A stretch of DNA of 62,399 nt from Thermomicrobiaceae bacterium (GTDB taxonomy: Bacteria; Chloroflexota; Chloroflexia; Thermomicrobiales; Thermomicrobiaceae). The stretch spans positions 1-62,399 of the forward strand of contig DASSZN010000097.1 of assembly GCA_035702805.1 (NCBI GenBank), written 5' to 3'. The notes under the pieces were generated by a model, which was not told the DNA's origin, did no database searches, and was given only the letters and a program-made list of their open reading frames with translations. Numbering within the stretch: the stretch's first letter is position 1; each line of letters opens with the position of its first letter. This document shows, piece by piece, positions 10,032 to 16,517 of this stretch. The translations under genes were made by a program, and so were the position numbers.

Positions 10032-10618
10032 CCCGACTTGAGGACGACCACCGTCGCGTCGTCGTGGTCCCGTCCGTAGCGCTCGAGGATGGCCGACGCG
10101 ACCTGCGACGGGTCGCCGCTCTCGAGCTCCGGCACGTCGTCCGTGTCGAAGCGCGCGCTGACGCCGTCGGTGTGCAGGATGAAGGTCCACGGCTCCACGA
10201 GGTCGAGGCTGAGGGGTCGCAGGTGGAGGTGGTGGCCGCCGACGATGCCGCGGAACGCCACCAGGCGCTCGTCGCCGCCTGGCGTAACGAGTCGCCCCTC
10301 GACGTTGCCGACGCCGGCGTAGGTCAGGCGAGTGGCCGACAGGTCGATGGCGGCGATGGTGGCGGCGGCGCCGCGGGTCCCTTTCAGCGCGTGGTGGCAG
10401 GCAAGGAGCGCCGCGGCCGGATCGAGCGAGGCGTCCTGCTCGAGCCTCAGCACCGCCGCCCGCGCGGCCTCCGCGGCGGCGGGGCCGTGCCCAAGGCCGT
10501 CAATCACCGCGACGCGGCAGCATGAGCCGACCCAGTCCACCGTCCAGGCGTCGCCGCAGACGGTCTCGGCCGGGTGGTTGCGCTGAACCACTCCGACGGT
10601 TACGGGTTGCGGATCCAC
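9986..10618 (-). CDS. PP2C-type phosphatase, RsbX-like (SpoIIE family)
   Basis: 210 aa, GTG start overlapping the upstream gene by 19 nt. Motifs GDAW, VIDGLGHGPAAA, HTDGV. Last gene of the partner-switching operon. Confidence 0.75.
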   Translation of the reverse strand: MDPQPVTVGVVQRNHPAETVCGDAWTVDWVGSCCRVAVIDGLGHGPAAAEAARAAVLRLEQDASLDPAAALLACHHALKGTRGAAATIAAIDLSATRLTYAGVGNVEGRLVTPGGDERLVAFRGIVGGHHLHLRPLSLDLVEPWTFILHTDGVSARFDTDDVPELESGDPSQVASAILERYGRDHDDATVVVLKSGQASDVAPAREATRG

Positions 10619-11004
10619 TTCCGGGCCGTCACGCGGGTTCCTCCGGGGTGTGACTCGATCTCAAACTCGTCCATCAGTCGGCGCACGGCCGGCAGACCGC
10701 CTCCCAGCCCGCCTCCGGTGCTGAAGCCATCGGTCATCGCCAGCTCGAGGTCACCGATTCCCGGTCCCCGGTCCAGGCTGACGAGCTGGACCCCGACCGC
10801 GCCCGGCCGCGCCAGCGGCGTCACCTCCAGCACCCCGCCCCGCGCGTAGCGCACCAGGTTGGTCCCCAGCTCGGACACGGCGAGCACCACGTACTCGGTT
10901 CCCATCGCGTCGAAGCCGAGCTCGCGACTCAGCTGCCGCGCGCGACGTCGGGCTTCTTCCACGTCGGCCGTTCCCGAGACGTCCGTGCGCACCGTCTCGG
11001 CCAC
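10600..11004 (-). CDS. second HATPase-type anti-sigma regulatory factor-like Ser kinase paralogue
   Basis: 134 aa. GTG start is 1 nt after the upstream TAG. Motifs SELGTNLVRYA, DRGPGI, GGGLGGGL. Confidence 0.7.
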   Translation of the reverse strand: MAETVRTDVSGTADVEEARRRARQLSRELGFDAMGTEYVVLAVSELGTNLVRYARGGVLEVTPLARPGAVGVQLVSLDRGPGIGDLELAMTDGFSTGGGLGGGLPAVRRLMDEFEIESHPGGTRVTARKWIRNP

Positions 11005-11005
11005 G

Positions 11006-11440
11006 CTACCGTCGCCACTTCCGGATCACCACCGTCGTGCCGCAGCCGGGGCAGGTATCGATCTCCATCGCGTCCATCAACCGGCGGGTGCCGGGCAAGC
11101 CCATCCCCATCCCCCGGCCCGAGGTGTAACCCTCCTGCATGACCTGGGCCACATCGGCAATTCCCGGGCCCTCGTCGATGACGACCACCTCGAGCCCCTG
11201 CCGCCCAGCGTCATCCACGACGGACCGGATGACCACCTCACCGCGGCCGTCCGTCGCGTAGCGCACGACGTTGCGCGCCAGCTCCGAGACCGCGGTGGCG
11301 ATGCGACTCTGGTCGACCGCACCGAAGCCCAGCCCCTGCGCGACCTGCCGGGCCGTCTGCCGGGCAAGCACGATGTCGTCCTCGCCCTCGATCGGGAGCC
11401 GCCGCTCCACCTCAGCGATGGTCCCACCCTCCCAGCGCAT
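11006..11440 (-). CDS. RsbT-like switch Ser/Thr kinase (HATPase)
   Basis: Motifs DIVLARQTARQVAQGLGF, DQSRIATAVSELARNVVRYA, DEGPGI, GMGMGLPG. Alternative GTG start at 11410, 1 nt after the RsbS-like stop. Confidence 0.75.
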   Translation of the reverse strand: MRWEGGTIAEVERRLPIEGEDDIVLARQTARQVAQGLGFGAVDQSRIATAVSELARNVVRYATDGRGEVVIRSVVDDAGRQGLEVVVIDEGPGIADVAQVMQEGYTSGRGMGMGLPGTRRLMDAMEIDTCPGCGTTVVIRKWRR

Positions 11441-11795
11441 CGTGCGCCGGTTGGCGCAGCAGGACCAACCCCTTCTCGACCGTCAAGGCGGTATGCACGC
11501 CCCGCAGCGCGAGCCCGAGCTCGACCAGCGTGATCGCGACGGCGGGGCGCATCCCCACCACCACGGTCTCCGCGCCGAGCAGCCGGGTCGCCAGGGCCAC
11601 GTCGTTCAGCAGTCGCCCGAGAAAGGAGTCGATGGTGTCGACGACGGAGATGTCGAGGATCACGCCGCGGGCGTCGCTCCGGGCCAGGGCGTCAGCCAGG
11701 TCCAGCTGCAACTGCAGCGCGTCGCGGTCACGCAAGTCTTCCTGGACGGTGGCGATCAGGGTCGAGCCCAGGCGCACGATCGGGACGCGCGCCAT
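11412..11795 (-). CDS. RsbS-like STAS-domain protein
   Basis: 127 aa, STAS only. VILDISVVDTIDSF and GMRPAVAITLVELG closely match the RsbS phospho-serine region as I remember it. Confidence 0.8.
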   Translation of the reverse strand: MARVPIVRLGSTLIATVQEDLRDRDALQLQLDLADALARSDARGVILDISVVDTIDSFLGRLLNDVALATRLLGAETVVVGMRPAVAITLVELGLALRGVHTALTVEKGLVLLRQPAHDALGGWDHR

Positions 11796-12284
11796 CTAGA
11801 GCTCGCGGACCGGAGCGGCCGCGACGGGCCCGCGAACGACCTGCAGGCCGAGCCGCGCGAACGCCAGCTCGAGGCCTTTCGCCATGGTGGTGCGCGTGGT
11901 GACGCCGGCCAGGTCGAGCCCGAGCTGCACCAGCGTCAGCGCGGTGCGCGTCGAGAGCCCGACGATCAGCACCTCGGCGCCCAGCAGCCGGGCCGCCGCC
12001 ACCGTCTCGAGGAGATGCTTCGCCACGGCGGTGTCGACCACCGGGACGCCGGTGATGTCGAGGATGACGATCTCGGAGCCCGTCTCCACGATGCGCTCCA
12101 GCAGCGTCTCGTTCATCTGCTGGGCCCGCGCGGTGTCGACACTGCCGATGAGCGGCAGCGCCAGGATGCCGTCCCACACCTGGATCACCGGCGTCTCGAG
12201 CTCGGTGATCGTGTGGCGCTGCCGCGCAATGACCTCCGCATCGCGGTGTCGCCCGGTCGACGGGTCGCTCTCGCCTGCGGTCAT
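11796..12284 (-). CDS. RsbR-like STAS-domain protein lacking an N-terminal sensor domain
   Basis: The track fuses this to an upstream wrong-frame stretch (11796..12776). ATG at 12284 has GAGAGGTGAGGA upstream. Motifs PVIQVWDGILALPLIG and VILDITGVPVVDTAV. Confidence 0.75.
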   Translation of the reverse strand: MTAGESDPSTGRHRDAEVIARQRHTITELETPVIQVWDGILALPLIGSVDTARAQQMNETLLERIVETGSEIVILDITGVPVVDTAVAKHLLETVAAARLLGAEVLIVGLSTRTALTLVQLGLDLAGVTTRTTMAKGLELAFARLGLQVVRGPVAAAPVREL

Positions 12285-12304
12285 CGTGTCCTCACCTCTC
12301 CGCC

Positions 12305-13366
12305 TCACGCGTCCGCCCGGGGCAGCACGACCCGGAAGCGACTGCCCTCGCCCGGCAAGCTGTCGACCTCGATGTGGCCCTTCTGGGCCTCGACCATCTG
12401 GTGGACGAGCGCCAGGCCGAGACCCAGACCCTGCGGCTCGGCGCGCCGGGCGTCCGGTGCGCGGTAGAAGCGCTCGAAGATGCGCTCCAGCACCTCCGGC
12501 GGCATCCCGATCCCGCTGTCCGCGACCTCGGTCCAGACCGTGTTGTCCTCGGATCGGTAGCGCACCGTGACCCGTCCATTGGCCGGAGTGTAGCGGATCG
12601 CGTTGGAAAGCAGGTTCCCGTAGATGCTCAGGAGCGCGTCGGCGTTGCCCATCACGACCAGCGTGGGCTCCTCCGGTGGATCCTCGAGGGCGATCGCGAT
12701 CCCCTTGGACTGCGCTGCTGGCTGCGCCCAGGCGCAGGACTGGCGCAGGATGCCGACGATCTCGACCGGCGAGCACTCTAGCCGCGGCACCTCGCCGCGG
12801 CTCGCCTCGACCAGGTCGCCGCTCAGTCGGGAGAGCCGCTCGAGCGCCTCCCGTGCCGACACGAGCAGGTGCGACAGCGGCTCGACCTCGCCGCGCGCCA
12901 GCGAGCGCTCGGCCAGGTCGATCGTGCCCTTGGCCACCGTGAGCGGCGAGCGCAACTCGTGGGCGATCACACCCAGGATCTCGCCCTTCTCCCGCTGCAG
13001 CCGCTCGGCCTCCTGCGCGCGCTGCCGGTCGCGCAGCGCCCGCGACTCCGCGTCACGCAGCGTCTCGCTCAGCTTGAGCTCCAGGTACTCTTTGTACTTC
13101 ACGCCGTAGGCAATCATGACCTCGAGGAGGAACTGGTGCGCGTCCGCGCTGGCGCGCACCTGCTCGCGGTAGCTCATGCCATCGAGCGCACGCTCCAGGG
13201 ACTCGGAGTGTAGCGCGATGATGTCTTCGGGCCCGAGTCCGCTCTCGATGAAGCGCTGGCTCAGGACGCCCGCACGGTAGAGGGCGCCCTCGTCGTGAGC
13301 CGCCAGGTAGTGCGCGAGCGTCGGCCCGTAGTCCTCAGCCGAGAGCTGCGATGCGTTCAGCACCAT
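12305..13366 (-). CDS. histidine kinase with RsbU-N-terminal-like (RsbT-binding) domain
   Basis: N-terminus LYRAGVLSQRFIESGLGPEDIIALHSESLE...FLLEVMIAYGVKYKEY resembles the RsbU N-domain. Followed by a coiled coil, H-box AHELRSPLT, N-box LLSNAIRYT and G-box DSGIGM / GLGLGL. GGGAAGG lies 8 nt before the ATG. Confidence 0.8.
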   Translation of the reverse strand: MVLNASQLSAEDYGPTLAHYLAAHDEGALYRAGVLSQRFIESGLGPEDIIALHSESLERALDGMSYREQVRASADAHQFLLEVMIAYGVKYKEYLELKLSETLRDAESRALRDRQRAQEAERLQREKGEILGVIAHELRSPLTVAKGTIDLAERSLARGEVEPLSHLLVSAREALERLSRLSGDLVEASRGEVPRLECSPVEIVGILRQSCAWAQPAAQSKGIAIALEDPPEEPTLVVMGNADALLSIYGNLLSNAIRYTPANGRVTVRYRSEDNTVWTEVADSGIGMPPEVLERIFERFYRAPDARRAEPQGLGLGLALVHQMVEAQKGHIEVDSLPGEGSRFRVVLPRADA

Positions 13367-13631
13367 CTTGTGGACCTTCCCACCCTGTCACCCCGGCGTC
13401 GACGTCACGTTGTGTTCGAAGCAGCGCATCCACCGCGCCGGCCTCGCAGGATGCCATACCTCCGTACCGCGTGCAGCCGAGAGAACCATTGCCACGTCTG
13501 GTCACCCGGAAAGACTGGTGCACGGCGTGGCAACACCGGTCGGACCGAGCGCTCCCGGTCGCCGGGGAGCCTCAGTCGTGGGTCGCTCGGACTAACCCGT
13601 CACTTTAACTTGACAGTGACTAGCCACGAAC

Positions 13632-13661
13632 AGTGTAGCCCACCGGTGACGGTCACGGCAA
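13632..13661 (-). promoter_or_regulatory. candidate sigma70-type promoter (TTGCCG-18-TACACT) with 11-bp palindrome GTGACGGTCAC in the spacer
   Basis: Read on the minus strand, upstream of the kinase operon. The palindrome is at 13646..13656. It would give a leader of about 260 nt. Confidence 0.3.
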
Positions 13662-13765
13662 GCGGGAGGTAACACAAGAGTGTCGCGGGTCGCAACGCGG
13701 CACCGCGTGTCTGGAGGGAGAATGTACGCGCGCGGTTGCCGTCTGTGCGACAGCAACAAACGGGC

Positions 13766-14815
13766 CTACTCCAGCCGCGAGACCGTCGCGTCGACAAGCC
13801 GGCGCAGCGCCCGCAGCCGGGCGCGCTCCTGCACTCGTCGCGGTCGCGGGAGCGGCGCGGCGACCAGCGCGGCCAGCGACCGCGCCAGCGCCTGGACCTC
13901 GGCTGCCACCACCTCTGGTCCCGGTGGGGCGTCGATCGGGTCGACCATGTCGGCGCCGAGGACGTCGCGCAGGGCCACGTCGAAGGCATCGTCAGGGTGT
14001 GGCGAACCGGTGTCAACGGGGTCGGGCTCGATGATGCGGCGCATCGTCCGCAGGCGCTCGGCGAGCGTTTCCGGCTCCAACTCGATGAAGTCGGGGTCGT
14101 CGCGCATGGCGCGAGCGAGCCGGCGCGCCTCCTCCTGTCCCAGTCCCTCGTCGACGATCAGGTGTGCCAGCGCCTCCTGCGGTCCCGCGGCCAGTCCCTG
14201 GAGCACTCGGCTCTGCTTCTCCGACAGGCGGCCGGCGCGGATCGCGTCCTGCACCGACTCCGGCAGCTTCTCCGTCCCCAGCAGCTGGAACAGCCGGCTG
14301 CGCCGAATGCCCACCGTCTCGGCCACCGCCTCCCAGGAGGCGTCCGCCATCTGCGCCTTGAGCGCCCGGAGCGCCGCCGCGCGGTCCACCGCGTTCAGGT
14401 CCTCACGGACGACGTTCTCCATCAGTTGCTGGACGAGCCGTCGCTCCGCCGGCACGTCGCGCACGATCGCCGGGATGCTCGCCAGTCCGGCCAGCGTGGC
14501 CGCGCGCCAGCGCCGCTCGCCATGCAGGATGACGTAGCGGTCCTCCTCGCGCTGGTAGCGCACCGCGATCGGTTGGAGCACCCCTTCCAGGCGGATCGAC
14601 GCGGCCAGCTCCTCCAGCCGCTCCTCGTCGAAGGTCTGCCGCGGCTGGCTCGGGTCCGGCGCGATGCGATCGAGCCGGATCTCCTTCGCGTCGACGAGGT
14701 CGCTGACACCGACGGCCCGCGGCGAGGTGTCGGAGAAGAGGGCATCAACGGTGAAGCGGCGGCGCCGCGCCGGTTGGCTGTCGACCGGCGTCGCGAGCCG
14801 TACCGACTCAGACAT
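13766..14815 (-). CDS. parB: ParB/Spo0J-family partition protein
   Basis: Motifs DPSQPRQTFDEERLEELAASI, LHGERRWRAA and an HTH region. Overlaps parA by 8 nt. Long Ala/Pro-rich C-terminal half. Confidence 0.85.
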   Translation of the reverse strand: MSESVRLATPVDSQPARRRRFTVDALFSDTSPRAVGVSDLVDAKEIRLDRIAPDPSQPRQTFDEERLEELAASIRLEGVLQPIAVRYQREEDRYVILHGERRWRAATLAGLASIPAIVRDVPAERRLVQQLMENVVREDLNAVDRAAALRALKAQMADASWEAVAETVGIRRSRLFQLLGTEKLPESVQDAIRAGRLSEKQSRVLQGLAAGPQEALAHLIVDEGLGQEEARRLARAMRDDPDFIELEPETLAERLRTMRRIIEPDPVDTGSPHPDDAFDVALRDVLGADMVDPIDAPPGPEVVAAEVQALARSLAALVAAPLPRPRRVQERARLRALRRLVDATVSRLE

Positions 14816-15590
14816 GGGCCAGGCTCCCTACCCGCTCCTCGATGATCTCCGCGACCCGCCGATAGGAGGCGGAGAGCGGCGAGCGCGGCATGTACTGCAG
14901 GATCGACGTGTGCTCGGCGATCGACTCGGCTCCCTTGACCGACAGCGGTACCGCCGGCAGCAGCGGCACCTCCGGGAACTGGTCGCGGAGGGTCTCGATC
15001 ATGTCGTTCGCCAGCCGTGACGAGTGGTGCACCTTGGTCGGCAGGAAGCCCACCACCTTCAGGCGCGAGTTGAGCCGTCGCACCCGTCCGACCGTTTCGA
15101 ACAGCCGGTGCAGCACCATCAGCGACAGCGGATGCGGCTCGATTGGCACCACCAGTCCGTCGGCCGCGACCAGGATGTTGATGCTCAGGATGTTCAATGC
15201 GGGCGGGCTATCGACCAGCACGAAGTCGTAGGGCAGGGGCTGGGAGGCGGCGAGTTTGTCGTCGAGCCGCCGCTCGCGCTCCAGCACGTTGAGCAACTCG
15301 AGTTCAGCGGCCGCCAGGTCGGGGTGACTGGGGACCAGGTCGAGCCCGGCGACGGTCGTGGCGCGCGCGACCTCCGCCACCGGCAACGCCTCGTCGGAGA
15401 GGAGGTCGTAGACCGACAGGTCCAGCCGCTGCACGTCGACGCCGAGGGCCATCGTGAGGCTCGACTGCGGGTCAAGGTCGATCGCCAGCACGCGCCGGCC
15501 GCGCTCGGCCAGGGCCGCGCCAACGTTCAGCGTGCTCGTCGTCTTGGCGGTTCCGCCCTTCTGATTGAAGAAGGCGACGATGGGCGCCAT
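14808..15590 (-). CDS. parA: ParA/Soj-family partition ATPase
   Basis: ATG at 15590 (MAPIVAFFNQKGGTAKTT, deviant Walker A), preceded by GGGGGGA. Track start 15683 is judged too long. Confidence 0.85.
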   Translation of the reverse strand: MAPIVAFFNQKGGTAKTTSTLNVGAALAERGRRVLAIDLDPQSSLTMALGVDVQRLDLSVYDLLSDEALPVAEVARATTVAGLDLVPSHPDLAAAELELLNVLERERRLDDKLAASQPLPYDFVLVDSPPALNILSINILVAADGLVVPIEPHPLSLMVLHRLFETVGRVRRLNSRLKVVGFLPTKVHHSSRLANDMIETLRDQFPEVPLLPAVPLSVKGAESIAEHTSILQYMPRSPLSASYRRVAEIIEERVGSLAHV

Positions 15591-15611
15591 GGGAGTCCCC
15601 CCGCTCCACGG

Positions 15612-15621
15612 TGTACGTACA
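15612..15621. promoter_or_regulatory. perfect 10-bp palindrome TGTACGTACA in the parA leader (possible operator)
   Basis: Read directly. Lies 22 nt upstream of the parA ATG in a locally AT-richer patch. Confidence 0.3.
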
Positions 15622-15726
15622 TAACGGCCCGATGATAGCAGAGGCGAGCGCCGCCGTCCAGGCTCGCGGTGTCTCGTCGGCACGATGGCGGGCTACCCGG
15701 CGTTGACGTCGTCCGGATACACGAAG

Positions 15727-15751
15727 CCGGGACGCGTCAGTCGCGTCCCGG
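15727..15751 (-). terminator. hairpin terminator candidate after the 76-aa gene
   Basis: Perfect 10-bp stem CCGGGACGCG / CGCGTCCCGG with a 5-nt loop, 38 nt past the stop at 15789, followed on the minus strand by CTTCGTGTAT. Confidence 0.4.
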
Positions 15752-15788
15752 CTCCTCCAGCGAACCACCAACCGGTCACGGCTCGTGC

Positions 15789-16019
15789 CTATCCGGCCGC
15801 CGGCTGGCGCCCGCCGGCGCCGCCGAAGTCATCGCGGGCCGGCCCGGCAAGCGACTCACCCAGGCGGATCATCGCCACGCCGACGCTGCGGCGCATGCCT
15901 GAGCCCGATGGGGCCCGCCGCTCCGCCTCGGCGATCCGGCTCGCGTGCTCCGCCCGCCGCTCCAGCGACGCCTCGCGCTGGCGAGCGATCGACTGCGCGA
16001 CCATGATGTCGACCAACAT
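15789..16019 (-). CDS. small hypothetical protein (76 aa, Arg/Ala-rich helix)
   Basis: ATG at 16019 has a strong SD GGAGAGGAAGGGA. Has its own downstream hairpin and an upstream terminator. Good GC3. Confidence 0.5.
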   Translation of the reverse strand: MLVDIMVAQSIARQREASLERRAEHASRIAEAERRAPSGSGMRRSVGVAMIRLGESLAGPARDDFGGAGGRQPAAG

Positions 16020-16106
16020 GGTGTCCCTTCCTCTCCGCGTCTCCGCGACGGCCACCACCCGGGTGGCCCCACCACCGCCTCACCACCGCCGCCCCGGCCC
16101 CGCGGC

Positions 16107-16141
16107 ACAAAAACGCCCGGATCGGAGCATCCGATCCGGGC
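16107..16141 (-). terminator. intrinsic (Rho-independent) terminator
   Basis: On the minus strand: GCCCGGATCGGA-TGC-TCCGATCCGGGC (12-bp perfect stem) followed directly by GTTTTTG. Confidence 0.65.
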
Positions 16142-16301
16142 CGCCGAGGCCAGAGCAACCGACGCGTCAACCAACGCGCCGGGACGGCGGCCGAATCGGG
16201 ATATGAACGGCAGACGGCCAGGATTGGCCAGTTGTCGGCAGCACGTCCATCCCTCCTTCCCGCCGATGGTCCCCCGCGAACCCGGAGCGCAGTTCCCCCG
16301 G
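16107..16301 (-). ncRNA. candidate short transcript (sRNA or 27-codon micro-ORF mRNA)
   Basis: Bounded by promoter-like TTCACC-17-TAAACT and the terminator above. Contains GGAAGGAGGG plus ATG (16250) / GTG (16244) opening a 27-codon ORF that ends at 16167. Extra hairpins present. No Rfam family recognised. Confidence 0.3.
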
Positions 16302-16308
16302 TCCCCAT

Positions 16309-16337
16309 AGTTTACCGGCACGGGTCGTCTTGGTGAA
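16309..16337 (-). promoter_or_regulatory. candidate promoter TTCACC-17-TAAACT
   Basis: Read on the minus strand: -10 at 16314..16309 and -35 at 16337..16332. Confidence 0.3.
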
Positions 16338-16517
16338 CTGTCCGGGTGTCTCCGCGCAGCCTGTCCGACCGGACAGCCACTGTCCACCCTCACTCCGCAC
16401 GCCACTACGATCGGCAGGCCCGCCCTGGCGTTGCCGTTGCGATACGATGGCGGGCACCGGGACCGCGGACCGAACGGTGCGCCCTGGCGGTCCGCTCATC
16501 CGACGAGGCGATCAAGC

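Noticed and set aside
13610-13615. Perfect TTGACA on the plus strand.
   Set aside because: No acceptable -10 lies at 16-19 nt, and there is no plus-strand gene downstream (the next genes are parB and parA on the minus strand).
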